A DNA stretch of 62,525 bases, filler included, from Choristocarpus tenellus KU-1152 (Eukaryota; Protista; Phaeophyceae), in the NCBI GenBank assembly GCA_964200185.2. It is 9 parts of 9 records of this genome, joined end to end, with 100 filler letters (N's around TTAATTAATTAA, not from the genome) between each part and the next. Parts side by side here need not be neighbours in the genome. Positions count along the whole stretch, not along the records: positions 22,411 to 42,716 come from CAXNAD020000406.1; positions 42,817 to 47,278 come from CAXNAD020014435.1; positions 47,379 to 51,073 come from CAXNAD020018458.1; 6 more parts are not named here. The stretch is one strand, 5' to 3'. Shown here piece after piece: positions 37,401 to 50,300 of the stretch. How positions within the stretch are numbered: the stretch's first letter is position 1; each line of letters begins with the position of its first letter. Made by a program: the position numbers and the translations under genes. The notes under the pieces were generated by a model, which was given only the letters and a program-made list of their open reading frames with translations, ran no database searches and was not told the origin of the DNA.

Positions 37401-40400
37401 CACCTCCTAATGCTGTTCAAGAACATGAGGGTTGGTGATGTCACTCAAACAGTGGCATCGGTTGTCCTATCAGCTCAGGTGTGTACTACCAATCATAATT
37501 TTTTTACTTTTATTAGTAGTAATTATGATAATGATATTATCGGTATTAATAAAACTAGTTATAGTGTGTGTCCAGTATGTATGTACTCTCTATGTTGGCG
37601 TTGTAAAGCATTTGACTTTGGAGTGTTATGTTAAAGTGTTCTATGTTCCGATAGTGTGGACTATTTTGTACTTCAGTATAGATTAGTGCAGTTATCTTAG
37701 GTTCTTTTTTTTCTTCATATTTTGTGCACCATGTGCTAAAAAAAGAGAAAAGAAACTGTCCCTAACACTGACCTGACTCCTTACATTTGCTTATATGTAC
37801 ATAAATGTCTGTTATCTACTGAAAAAAATACAATAGTATAGACTATGACACTGATGCCTACCCATCTCTTGATCTCACCCTTCTTACATTTTTGTCTGTT
37901 GTGTCATTAGAACACACATTTTGACCCTGACACTGACCTGAATCTTGCTCTGACACTTCATATATATTTATATATAGAAATATTTTTTAATGTGTGAAGG
38001 GATCATAACCCATTACGACCCTGACCCTCACCCCACTCTTGACCAACAACTTGTTTATATATGTTATGTCCTCAAAATTATGTACATTTTGACCCTGCCC
38101 CTAACCCTGACCCCTTTCCTTTTCACCCCCAGTCTCTTTACTTCGCTTTTGGCATGTTCGATGATATAATAATAATTATTACTATATTATTACTGTTACT
38201 ATTATTATTGTTATTATTATTATTGTTATTATTATTATTATTATTATGTAATTATTATTACTTTTATTAATATTATTATTATCATTATTACTGTTATTGT
38301 TATTATTATATTATTATTATTATTATTATTATTATTATGTAATTATTATTACTTTTATTGTTATTATTATTATTATTTTTATTGTTAATATTATTATTAT
38401 TATTATTCTTTTAATATTATTATTATTATTATTGTTACTATTATTATTATTATCTTTTGAGGTGTACCGAAACGGAGACGTGATGACAAGTGCTAGGTTG
38501 CACTCATGTTGAAGGTTTATTTTAGTGCTTGTCTTTTATCCTTTTTAGAGTGATATCTTGACCGGATACCTCTTTTTGTCTTAATATTGTTTAAGGCAGT
38601 GGAGGTACTGCATATCAATACCACACTGTGTGTATGAGTACATCTTTTTTTTTTATTTTATTGATTTTTTTTTAATATGGAAACCAAAGTAGTATACTCA
38701 TTGCACACCCTTTAATAATAATAATAAAAAAAAACACACACACACACATATATTTATCATGTTACAGTACTTGCCCCACAGTGCACACTATCTTGATGAT
38801 TCCTCTTCCCCCTTCTCAACTGTTAATGGTATTGCTTTGGTTGCTTCCTGGCTAAACTAGGTTTGGCTTATGGTCCATCAACGGTTTGATTTGGAGGTGG
38901 GGGAGGGGGTGACATTGAAGCGAGGCAAGGGCAGAGACGGGGGCCTGGATAGTCAGTCAACCGCTCTACAGATCCCTCCAACTGAGATTTTTGAAATATT
39001 GGCTCACCACCGGTGAGTTTTTTTAAGAACAACTGATTCAAATAGTATATAAATCGGCAGTGGTTATTTATTTATTTATTTATTTTTGTATAATTGTAAC
39101 ATTTACAATAGTTGATGTTCAAAAAGAATAATAATATATAATAATAATATTATTATTCTTTTGGTGGTTAGGATTTACAATGTCGGGATTACCGACCCAC
39201 GATGACATATCATTGAGAACATCGATAGTCATGTTTTTGGATCGAGAATGGTATTGCTGTGAGTAGAGGATGTGATTGGTTGTGTGATTGAAAAGGGCAC
39301 TCCACCATGATAAGAAATGAAAAAAAAAAAATGGTGCCGGTGTTTTTTTTTTTAATGTCAGGATGAAGCGTTCTCTTTTTTAATATAATTTTTTTTTTTT
39401 TCCCCTGAGACGTTTGAGTTAACACCGTGAACTTTTTTTCTGTTTGTTTCAGAAAATATGAACCAAGAAAAAAAAAAATGTATATATATATTGTTGGGTT
39501 AGGGTTAGGGTTGCAAGTACTACTTGGGCTGTGTGTGAGTAGGGTGTATTTATTATCTGGAGGAGGTATGGTGCGCAGAGGGTTAGGGTTAGTGGTCAAC
39601 CCTAATATCCAGGGTTAGGGCTGACTAGATGATATGATGGAGATGGTTAGGGTTAGGGTTAGGGTTAGGGTTAGGTCTCTCACTCCCGCCTGCCATCTAT
39701 GCCATGGTGGCTGTTATTGCAATCGAGTTGTGTACTATGATACAGGGTTAGTGATTGGGTTAACGCCAACCAGGATGCATCAGTTCTTTTTGACAGACTC
39801 TTGCGCATCTATTCCCTTGCATCTATCCCCTTGCCCCTTCCCCCGCCTCACACGTGTTCCTCACTCCCCTGTTCACCTACCTTTGTGGCAATCCTCCTCA
39901 CTTCCCTCTGATCACAATAGCAACAAGCTCATAGACTGGCTGGAGGCTCACCCCAGAGAAGCAGATAGGTCATTTGAAGCAGTGGTTCGAGTCATCACTC
40001 TAACAGGAGATAGGAAAGGTCCTTATGGCGATGATGTGATGTTCAAGGATAGACACTGGGAGAGCATGAAGAGGCAAAATTGCCGCGGCAGGTGCTATTC
40101 GTATTATCATTATTATTGTTATTATTGTTACTGTTAATTGTTACTTTTAGTATTATATATTATTATTGTTATTATTATTATTATTGTTATTATTATTGTT
40201 GTTATTATTATTATTATTGTTATTATTGTTGTTATTATTATTATTGTTACTGTTAATTGTTATTATTATTATTGTTATTATTATTGTTATTATTATTATT
40301 ATTATTATTATTGTGATTATTGTTACTGTTAATTGTTACTTTTAGTATTATATTTATTATTATTGGCATTATTGTTACTGTTAGTGGTATTATTTTTTGT

Positions 40401-42179
40401 TGCTACTAGTATTATTATTATTATTATTGGCATTAGTATTATTTTTATTATTATATTTTTGATATTATTGTTGTTTTTGTTGCTACTTGTGTTATTGCTA
40501 CTATTATTATTGTATATTTTTTAGTAGTAGTATTCGGGTTGGGTTACATGATTTTTTTTTCCATTTCTATGTACTTTTTTTATATATTTATTTCATTTTA
40601 TTTATTGTTAATGTTATTGATGAGAGTTTTTTAGTGTGCATTGGTCAGAGAGTACATGCAGTCTTGATGGGGTTTTTTTTGGGAGGGGTGGGTGGTAGTT
40701 GGTTTTGTGTGTACTATGTAGTGGTCCATACTCTTACATAAGTATTGTTTCTTACTTTTATAATACCATTTAGTGGTACAATACTATTAAATATAATATA
40801 TGTATATTAGTTATTAATTTAGTTTTTGTTGTACTTGGTCAAGGGATACAACATGAAGTGAAATAAAATAAATAAATTAAACAGTTCTATATTGTTTTGG
40901 GGTTTTATAAATAGGTGAAGGCCTTTTTTTAGGTCACGGTAGTGAAGATGAGGGTCAGGTGTTGGTTAGGGTTAGGGTTAGGGTTAAGGTGTTGATGGTA
41001 GTTGGGTTTGTTTGTAGATGTTGGATTATGCTTTTCCATCTCTGTGATTTGTGTGGATGTGTTAACGTTTTTGTGTGCCTTCTACTGTTGCGTACAAATG
41101 GATAAGACAACGTTGTGTATTTTAAAGTGTTTTTTATTTAAAAAAAATCTATGGTAAAAAAACCATATATACTCAGAAATATTTGTAGTAGTTTATCTTT
41201 TAATAATATTTTTTAATAGTATTTTTTATGAAGGGTGAACTCTTTTTTCTTGATGATCACTCTCATACTGTTGGTCTTACACTGTTGGATTCCTTGGAAG
41301 TTTTTTTTTTTTAGACCGTTGGGCTATGCTATGAAGGTCTGGTGTCTGCCACTGAAAGGTACTAGAGATTGTAACCCTAGGGGGAGAGTGTCATGTAGTT
41401 TGAGGACTGACTCAGAGTAAGTGTCATGTAGTGGAGAAATAGTCCTTGCAGTCCATCACAATCCTTCAGTATGGACGTTTGAGACCAGAGCCTCTACAAC
41501 AAACTGAAGGTATGCCTATGTAGTAGGGTGACTCCATCTCACTCTTGCAAGTTCCAATAGAAGCAACATCCAATAGAAGCAATATCCAATAGAAGCAATC
41601 TCAATTAGAAGCAATACCCAATAGAAGCAATCTCAAATAGAAGCAATATCAAACAGAAGCAATCTCGTGCACCATCATCCCCACCCCACCCCTGCAGACA
41701 GTCTGTGGAGGTTCAATTCAATTCAACAATATCAATCAAGATGAGGAACGGCAACAATTTTTTTGTTTTATTTTTGTGTGACATTATTTAATAGTTTTTA
41801 TTTATTATTTAATAGTTTTTATTTATTTTAATTAGTCGGTTCTCTGGAGTGTATGCTTGTGTGGTAGTTTGTTTGTTTTTTTTAAATTTTATTTTCATAT
41901 ATACATACATACATATATTGTTTCATATTGTTTTTTTTCCTCCAAGAAAATTCTGCGTTTCCTCAACGCTCTTGGTACCATCTACCCTCATATTTTTTCT
42001 TTGGTTTTGTTTTGTTTTGTTTTTTTTGGGTGTGATTTGTTCCCGGCTTGGACTGCAGATTTGTACCAGACACTGAGGTGATCAGACATCAGATTGCTGA
42101 ACAAGAGGCTGTAACTGGCAATCCCAAGGAGTCCTACGAGGATTGGCTTCGGAAACTAACCCAGGCTGTTGATACAGAG
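23729..42179 (+). CDS. Internal 15 exons (~600 aa) of a very large conserved protist protein, possibly of the DUF3638/DUF3645 giant protein family; partial at both ends
   Basis: Exons 23729-23803, 25351-25484 (GC donor), 28258-28416, 29338-29412, 29824-29915, 30551-30662, 31763-31888, 33112-33177, 34062-34166, 34707-34894, 36806-36913, 37364-37478, 38861-39012, 39921-40091, 42059-42179. All have AG acceptors and consistent phases, giving a stop-free peptide (..YPFGFEVG..VLDYF..YPELAYMRDIVY..ETEDDVLHVHTLPDFG..LLLQYLTVPYMRIPLVLEFF..LDATLFEP..TPCGLLFNELLKSP..). The family name is from memory of similar motifs, not a search. Confidence 0.85.
23885..24100. repeat. Intronic minisatellite, ~50-bp unit, ~4 copies
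   Basis: TGTAACTGTAATTGCCAGATTAAGGTACAGTTGTTTTTTGGGAGTGTTTC repeats. Confidence 0.85.
26059..27212. repeat. Intronic complex heptamer satellite (TATATTG/TATACTG/TATGGTG mosaic), ~1.15 kb
   Basis: Built almost entirely from three 7-mer variants; produces the spurious 270-440 aa ORFs. Confidence 0.95.
27731..27883. repeat. Intronic minisatellite, ~50 bp x3
   Basis: GGGTTAACTGTGATCATAACCATTGTTACATTATTGTTATTACTACTATT. Confidence 0.85.
28732..28908. repeat. Intronic minisatellite, 44 bp x4
   Basis: CTGTGTATTCTAATGTTGTCACTATTTTTCACCTGACTAGTATT. Confidence 0.9.
29480..29638. repeat. Intronic minisatellite, ~31 bp x5
   Basis: TGTATCAGACCCTCTAGATTGAGGTATATCT. Confidence 0.85.
30268..30488. repeat. 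(TAGTATGTA)n 9-mer array
   Basis: Direct reading. Confidence 0.9.
32263..32313 (+). repeat. Interstitial telomere-like (TTAGGG)n tract
   Basis: GGGTTAGGGTTAGGGTTAGGGATAGGG...; similar tracts near 32035-32090, 39495-39675 and 40965-40987, and CCCTAA near 24375-24400 and 28081-28120. Confidence 0.8.
35865..36105. repeat. Intronic AT-rich minisatellite, ~45 bp x5
   Basis: TATTTTATTTGTTTTCATGAAGTGAAACATTCTTTTAGTTTAAA. Confidence 0.8.
38160..38455. repeat. (TAT)n degenerate microsatellite
   Basis: Direct reading; a second one lies at 40100-40530. Confidence 0.85.
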
Positions 42180-42265
42180 GTCTGTTTCTCTTTTTTCCAC
42201 CCACTCCCCACTGTCTCCCATCATCGCCTAAAGGTCATTGAAGGCAAAGGAACTTGCCCTGCCAA

Positions 42266-42436
42266 ATCACTTATACACACATAGTCAAATGTATATGCCA
42301 GATCACTTATACACACATAGTCAACATATATGCCAGATCACTTATACACACATAGTCAACATATATGCCAGATCACTTATACACACATAGTCAACATATA
42401 TGCCAGATCACTTATACACACATAGTCAACATATAT
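42266..42436. repeat. Minisatellite, 35 bp x ~5
   Basis: ATCACTTATACACACATAGTCAACATATATGCCAG. Confidence 0.85.
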
Positions 42437-42531
42437 GCACACGCTGAAGGCCGAAAGTAACTCACACTCGTGTTCATATTTTTCATTTTTTGTTTCTTTT
42501 GTGTTTTTTGTATTCATATTCATAGTCGTGA

Positions 42532-42716
42532 TCGTACTCACATACTGGTATTCGTATTCGTATTCGTATTCATATTCGTACTCACATACTGGTATTCGTA
42601 TTCGTATTCATATTCGTACTCACATACTGGTATTCGTATTCGTATTCATATTCGTACTCACATACTGGTATTCGTTTTCGTATTCGTATTCATATTCGTA
42701 CTCACATACTGGTATT
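42532..42716. repeat. Minisatellite (TCGTACTCACATACTGGTATTCGTATTCGTATTCATAT)n running into the contig end
   Basis: Direct reading. Confidence 0.85.
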
Positions 42717-42816
42717 NNNNNNNNNNNNNNNNNNNNNNNNNNNNNNNNNNNNNNNNNNNNTTAATTAATTAANNNNNNNNNNNNNNNNNNNNNNNNNNNN
42801 NNNNNNNNNNNNNNNN
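42717..42816. other. Artificial contig linker
   Basis: N44-TTAATTAATTAA-N44. Confidence 0.98.
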
Positions 42817-43009
42817 GGGGGGGCGGGGTGCGTGGCGGGGTGTGGGGTGGCGCGTATCTCCACCAGGGTATCCATTGGTCCATGACCGGGAAAAGTGCAC
42901 TTACATTATTTATCCGACATATGCAACCAAATCAGACAATAGTAGTCGCGACATGAAAAAATTGACCTCAAATGGACAGCTCCGCCACCCCCCCCAGATA
43001 CTTTGAGCC
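42817..43009 (+). mobile_element. MITE family B, truncated by contig start
   Basis: Family B body and right end CCCCAGATACTTTGAGCC. Confidence 0.85.
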
Positions 43010-43479
43010 TTTTACTTTATCGGTCAATTTTTTGTGATGCAATATTTGAGCTTGGTGATGAAATATTCATATTGTCAAGAATTCCATACATAGCGTTACT
43101 ACTCGAGTCGCACTCTATTGTAGACGTACTTATTCACACAACTATTGTTACAGCGTGCCCCTGAACTCACCTCCACAGGATGTGTAACTTAAATCCAACG
43201 ACCTTAAAACAACGCTATGGGGACTTTGCCCTTGGTAACAGTTTATAGGGTGTCAGATAGCCTTCTCTCTTGATATTCCACTCGGTGCTTAGCTCAAAGC
43301 TCGACTCAAAGTTTCGTTCAAGATAAAAGGACTGGTAAGAGAGGTATAAGTGTTTTAACTAAAAGTCCTCTTATTACTTTCATCATCCACCCAATTTCTT
43401 TGGTCTTCTATGCAACTGCTCTATACGTACTCCAATCATAAACCTTTATTCTGCAACTTCTTAGGAACTTTTACATTTT

Positions 43480-44420
43480 CTTCTGTAATGCGACGTATGC
43501 ATTACGAATCTTACTCTGTGTCTTCTAGGGAACAACATCCATTCTGTAAGGCTACCTACGTGTTACCAATATTGTATATTATTCGCACTTGTTAGTACGT
43601 GAGAAACAATCCTCGCACTATTCGCCTGTCACAAACGTTAGTGTTTGCTAGAACATAGGAAGAAATGCTCGTGCTATTCGTCTAGGATATTCTTCCCGTG
43701 AAGAACAGCAATTTCTTTTGTACAATAATCCCAATGTATGGCTTGTTGGGTACTGATGGCCTTATTCAGACGAAAGCAGAAGCAGCGAGGATGGATGTCC
43801 ACAGTTTCGACAGGAGCATGACTTGAACTACATGATAAGTATCACTTGACTGTGTCGAAATATTGTGAACGAAATGGATAACATTTCTGTCATAATAAGT
43901 CTGAATTCCATTTCGGAGATAATGTCAACACTCTTGTACCTCAACCGAAAGTGTAAAACAATAAATGAAGTCTATGTAAGGCGAAGGTATATGAAGAATA
44001 ACCAGCGAGAGGAGAACGTGTACACATCCTTTTGTCCTTGTCCGTCTGAAAACCAGCTCTCCCAATCTGGGTTTATGTGGGAGAAGGTTGTGTACAAATC
44101 CTTAGAATATGCTGCTGTCAGTGAGACCTGTCCACCTTTCAGAGCTCATTCTGGGCTTGATGTACATCTCCACCCCGCTGTTGTCACGAACTTGAACTCC
44201 CCAGGTGTTGTAATTCCTCCCTTCACCTCTGGATACAACACCTTGCAGTAAAAATGCACTTAGAATTGTCCAGATCTTCTGTATGTATAACGTGAGCACA
44301 GACAGCTCTCTGTAGCACCAGGAAAGTCTATTACTTGCTCTTCTCGATTTAATATATATTTTTCCTGACATGTGTAGACAACCTGGAAGAATAGTGAGAA
44401 AACGTATTGCGGTTGCAGAT
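43480..44420 (-). pseudogene. Possible decayed Ty1/Copia integrase remnant
   Basis: Colinear weak motifs CSRYT (~YSRYT), VRDNSGVE (~RSDNGGE), KLWTSILAASAFV (~LWAEAVxTAxY), DRRIVRGLFLTY (~DPRARKGIFLGY); many stops. Confidence 0.35.
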
Positions 44421-44592
44421 GAGGTTGAGAAAGGTATACATTAGAAGGAGGAAACATGACTCGTATAATCGAATGAATATATGCATAAACCACTATCAAT
44501 CACACACTTGGGTACACGAAGTATGTGTTGCAGTAGTGTGTGTACTATTGGTGCTGGTGTGGAGTAAGTGGTGTGTTTAATCTGAAGTGTGC

Positions 44593-44624
<32 letters not shown>

Positions 44625-45199
44625 GGCATGGCGCATGCTTTGTCCAACTGAGAGGAGTCATTAGGGATGTCTTGTGTTAGTGGCATGGCAGGATAGGTGT
44701 GTTTTTGGGCTGCTTTAAAAAAAATGCCGATATGCTGGAACATGTCGTATGCCGTTTGCACTATCCAGTCACGATCCTACTTAAACAAAAGTTTGAAGAA
44801 ATGTCAACCGTGTACATAGACACAAAGTATAAGTATGGATAGTACTATTTTTAGTTGAGGGTATTACGAATTTTTGTTTGTTTTGGTGGATAGGGACATA
44901 ATCGGGGAAGCTGTGTGAAGATCGGGAGTCGGAGGAAGGGAGCTGGACGACCAGAAGTAGATCGAACCTTGTTGTCTCCTAATGAAATGGTTCTGAGGGA
45001 GGTCCAGTGGTCGATGGGGAGATGGAAATGGTTGAGGTGCGATGGAAGAGGGAAGGTGACGATGGCCATGACACTTGTTTTCATAATCTTCATGCTGTTG
45101 GTGGAGACTCGAAGGAATCGCTAACTTTGGGCAACAAGGACGGTGAGCAGACCTGTGGCGTTAGTGGGGGTAGGATTACACTACAAAAGGGTTCCCTGA

Positions 45200-45870
45200 G
45201 AACGATGGAGGTGGCAGCCATGCTACTGTTGATAGGGATACAAACAAATTGTTATTTTTGGACAAGAATAATGATGAGCAGACCTATGAAGTTATTGACA
45301 CATCCGTCCAAAATTGCGTGAAATCTCTGTTGGAATCTAACGGGGTTTTCGCAGTTCCATGGCCAAACCAACAAAAAAATGAAAATCCATAAACAGGCGA
45401 TTCTTGGTCATGTATTCACTAGGGTTCACACCTGCAAATCTACCGAACCAACTGTGGTGGATGATTATTGTTATCTACATGAAGCTATTTCTAAGGGATG
45501 CCGCGAGCACAATAACATCCAACAAGATATTGCAGTTTGAAGACATCAACACTATGACGAAGAGAAGGGCTATCTTTCTAGACGCAATCATGGCTTAGGA
45601 CTGGAGAAAGTTAAATGCTCATCACGAGACAAAATTTGCCACATCCTCTCGGACGCCTGTGTTGAGGCATAAAAGTTGGTGAAAGAACCAAGATAGTCAC
45701 GATTTCCAAAGTGTGGACGACATGAAAGGGAAGGTCTAGCCTTGAAGTGCTTCGTGATTCCTGTCATCTCAGAGAGCTGGCGAATGAGTTCGAGGAAGGT
45801 GGATTGCTTGACTTATTTAATCAGTGTTTGTGAGAACCACTATTATTGCAATGCTCAATAACGACTTCAC
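45200..45870 (+). pseudogene. Possible decayed piggyBac-like transposase remnant
   Basis: IQTNCYF (~EQTNLYA), PTVVDDY...EHNNIQQD (~PxVVxDY..DxHNxxRQ); frameshifted. Confidence 0.28.
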
Positions 45871-47278
45871 AACTCTATTTTGTGTCGTTTTGGACTATAT
45901 TGACTAATGGACCTCACGAACTCTCGGTTTCAACGTTGGACACTTGTATTTGTAGTCGGTGTTTTGTGTAATGGAGTGTCCATCGAGAACATATTGTGGC
46001 ACTTTCCATCTGATCAACTCCTGTTTCTGCCCTCCAAAGTGCCGGCTAAGTGTGAGATCTCCACCCTATCAGTCTTTTTCTTGTTCAATAGAGTACTTAG
46101 ATGAGTTTGGGATCTGTACATGAAAGAGATTAAATTATTGTTGTGCTGGGCTTATCCAATCCTCAGTTTTTACGCACGAAGACAGGTGTTTGGGAAATTA
46201 ATTGACCAACGGAGTTTGATATAATTTGTCCTATTGGTCTCAGGGAAGGGGCATATCTCCTTTTCTCTACTAGGTCAGGATGCATATATTGGTTCATGAC
46301 TGGAATATTTGAACTTAAATGTAGAGGGAAGGTACTGAAATTATGCAGATTAATGGAGATACCACAATATAAACCTGCTTTTAAAGTACTATATTACCAT
46401 CTCATACACGAGGTAGCCTCGTGGGAAATGAGTATTCAATCCACTAATTTCTTCTCCAACTGGTCCGATGTATGCACGCACCAGAGATACTGATTTTCTA
46501 CTGCACGAACCTTCTTCTACTGCAAGGTTCATTTCACTCCTTACCTGCTCCCTCTCCTCGCGTCTTCTCAACATCCATTCCACGACCTGAGCAAATCGCG
46601 ATCAAAAACGAACATAGATTGAAATCAGACACTAACCAAGGGGATGCGTCTAGATGAAGGAAACTGACCTCCTCAATACTCACGTGTTTGGACAAATTAC
46701 ATTCAAATAACGGGACCGTCTCAAACGTCCCGAAAAAACTCAGATGCCCCTATCTATACATACTCTCATTTTGAAATATGGTTTCAGAAACAAAAATGAA
46801 AAATAATATTATTAAGAACGAAAATCGTTGATGTTTCCAACTCTGTCTAATTTTTTCATCCCTTCCAAAATAGTATTTTGTTTGTTGTTAAAAAATTGGT
46901 GAGGATACTTGGAAAAAAACATTGTTTGAAGGATGGGGACTGTCGTCTTTTTCGGTGGGGTGGAAAATATGTCTTTTGTTGGAATGTGCATTGTACAAGG
47001 AATATATATATATTATATTAAGTGTTGAATTGAAAAGTTGTCAAAAAGATATTGTCCGAAGATAGAGAACTTAATATTTCGGGGGGTGAGATGTAAAGCG
47101 GATTTATTCTGTCCATACCGACAATGTCCGCAATTCGTGGTGAAAAACATGTACAAGGAAATCAAACTCGTTACTGACGTTGCCTATGTACCATACACTT
47201 AAATATGGGATGATAAGGACGACAGTAGTACAATATTTGATAGTGGTGAAGTAACTGATTAGTGGTTTCCACGCAATG

Positions 47279-47378
47279 NNNNNNNNNNNNNNNNNNNNNN
47301 NNNNNNNNNNNNNNNNNNNNNNTTAATTAATTAANNNNNNNNNNNNNNNNNNNNNNNNNNNNNNNNNNNNNNNNNNNN
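47279..47378. other. Artificial contig linker
   Basis: N44-TTAATTAATTAA-N44. Confidence 0.98.
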
Positions 47379-50300
47379 CCGAGGGCTGACAATGTTGTTC
47401 ATGTTCTTTTCCTTGTGGGCCTTGCAGAATGAGGCCTTTTCGTCCCCCTTCCGAAAATAAAAAAGCATTACACACACAGGGGGAGGAAGAAAAAGAAAAA
47501 AGAGGCGAAAAATATGGTGATGTTTTTTTAAACAGAAAAATATGTCTTAAAAATAATGATAAAAACGTAAGAGCAAAAAAAAAATAAATAAATAAATAAA
47601 GCAGGGTAGAACTAAACATGCCATACACAAACCAGCCGTACTGTGAAATAACTCCCAACAGAAGCAGAAATACAAGTATAGACATAGATACACATACACA
47701 TACACATACAGATTTTTTTTTTAAACAACTGCAGTGTACTCGAAAAAGGCTTTTCACTAGTAATACAACCACCCAAGACAAAAAACAGAAGGGTCAGGAG
47801 CCGGTTAAAAAGAGAATGCCTTTCTGTTTAGGAAAACTACCATGTATCTCTCATTCAATTCGATCTGTTCAGCAATTCACTTCAACTCCTCGAAGAACCG
47901 TTGACCAGTTGAAACCAAAACAGTGCAAACGCCTCACGGTGGTGGAGAGTAACTAAAATAAATAAATATATCTACACATACATACCTACATACACATCAG
48001 GCAGTACACGCCACAGCACACTACAGGCCTTCCCACATACACAAAAGAAGGTACACCTTGCCCTTTTCGATCGTAGGAATCACACTGCACTGGTCGCATT
48101 GACGCACTTTCTCTCAACGTAGACAAATCATGGGTATACATACCCCTACCTGTCATCGAAACACGCCAATTACCAACGGGATACAATACACCGTGAACAC
48201 TTACAGCGGCAACAACAAACCTATACAAAAAAGAAAAAAAAAATCGTTCCCACCAACGGAAAACAAAAAAAAAAAAAAAAAGAAAGCGAGCGACGCTACT
48301 GATATATTCGTTGTAAAAATAAAAAAAAAATCAAAAACATAACGCTTCCAAAAAAACATGCGTCACGGTTGCAAACAAACGCTCAGAAAAACAAACAAAG
48401 AACAAATAGGTTCCCGGCTACGCAGAACATGCAACAACATGAAACACAGGTGGCAAATGAGACCGAAGCCACGGCTCCACTGATACCATGGCCGAAAGCC
48501 ACTGGCCATAAAGTACAACAGGCAGTCATGAAATTTATTAAGAGAGTCCCTTGTGGTTCTTGCATGTATGTATATGTATATATATATGCAGGAACTACCA
48601 ACATAGTTACAAGTGCACACTGGACAGATGACGGCACAAAATAGGCACATTTTGAATAAATATTTTTTCTTCCGTTTTGCTCAGGGACGGACACCCCCCA
48701 GAGGAAAAAATAAATAAATAAAAATATATATACATACATATGAAACAGCATATAGAGAGAGCAGGCTTCTTCAACCAACTAACTGTACTTCTTAATCTCT
48801 CGTCATGCCGGGTCAAGCAACACACACGTATGCATCAGCACAACCTCATGCCGAGAGACTACATCAGGACTCTCTGGTCTTACAGTTCTCCCCAGAAAAG
48901 ATAGATGGTAAACCTGAGAAAAACAATGGTGTCTCCTTTTCGACATCCAAGGACAAGACTCTCAACAAAAATAGCAAAACCTTTTTGTTCTTGGACTCTG
49001 TTTTATAGGGTTAGGGCCGAGCCAGAAAGTCATCCATCTGAAACCTTGTCTACGGCAGCAAATGCAGGCTTTCTGTGGCAATGAAAGCCTTGTTACTTCT
49101 GGGGCTGGTAGACAGGCAACAGACAGACATTGAGCATGTCCTTCAATCAATAAACGGGAGTAGGCCAACCATGAAGCACACTCTGTTGCTATCAACATCA
49201 CAGTGCATTGAAGACCTCTGCATCCTCTTCGCGATTAGAGGTATCATTGGTATCATTGGTCCATTCTGAGCATCTTCGACAAGGGGTTCACAGAACCTCA
49301 CCTCTTCTGCTGCTCAAAAAACGACTGCAGAGCGATTTGGCGCACTTGTGACAAGAGGATGCAGTCTCTCAGGGAGGGCGGGTATACTATTCATAGCCAC
49401 TTGGGCAACTCAAGCGCTAGATAGAGAGCAACTTGATGTCTACCTTGAGAACTGGAGAAGGGAAAAAAAAGACAGTTTTTAGCCCACAGCAGTCCTCCCG
49501 GAAGCCCACAACTCCTCCCGGAGGTTGCCCCCCAACAGTTTTTTTATGGCGAAGGTAGGACTTGTGGAGACTTGTTGCGTTGATGAGCTATACAGTAATA
49601 TACCTTCCGTCCGATAAAATAATATCAGGAGGGATTCCAGTCGAGCGATGTGGCTCACTCACTCCTCGCGTCTTGCCCCCACTGTGATGCGCGACGCCCG
49701 AGGTATCAACCCTAACCCAAGCTAAATGCAACAGGCAAACCACAGCTCTAACCAAAAGATGTCAGAACATTTATCTCTTTTAGCTCCACGGCGTTAAGAA
49801 AGAGTTAACTCGAGATAAGTGACTGGTGAAAAAAAGAAATATCAGAAGCTGCCTCTAAGGGAGGTCGCAGGGTTGTGCATGCATCGTGCATGCGTCGTTA
49901 ATTTAGAGCCACACTACTCAGTCAGACAGGAAGAAAAATTACTCTTTAGTCCATTTGAGAGGCTAGGGGCAATGTGGTATGGCCGTACCTCATTGCCAAA
50001 GCAGGCATGTCGCTGGCAGTTGCTGAAGTTGCAATTTGTCTTCTTCTTGGCATAGACCATGTCTTTGTCCTTGTGTCTTCCGCAGGACAAGCCCTTATCT
50101 CCAGGAGACCATGCAAAGCTTGGGAAGCGTTTACACCTTGGATAATCGCAATGGAGGGAAGGCGGGGAGAGGGGTTGCCGGAGCGCTGGGGGCGGGAAGG
50201 GCACGAAAGAGGTGTCTTCAAATGGCAACATAATGCTACTGGGGCCCCTCATACAAAATCTGCAGCAGAGGGAAACAGAGTCCACTGGTATTAAAAAATA

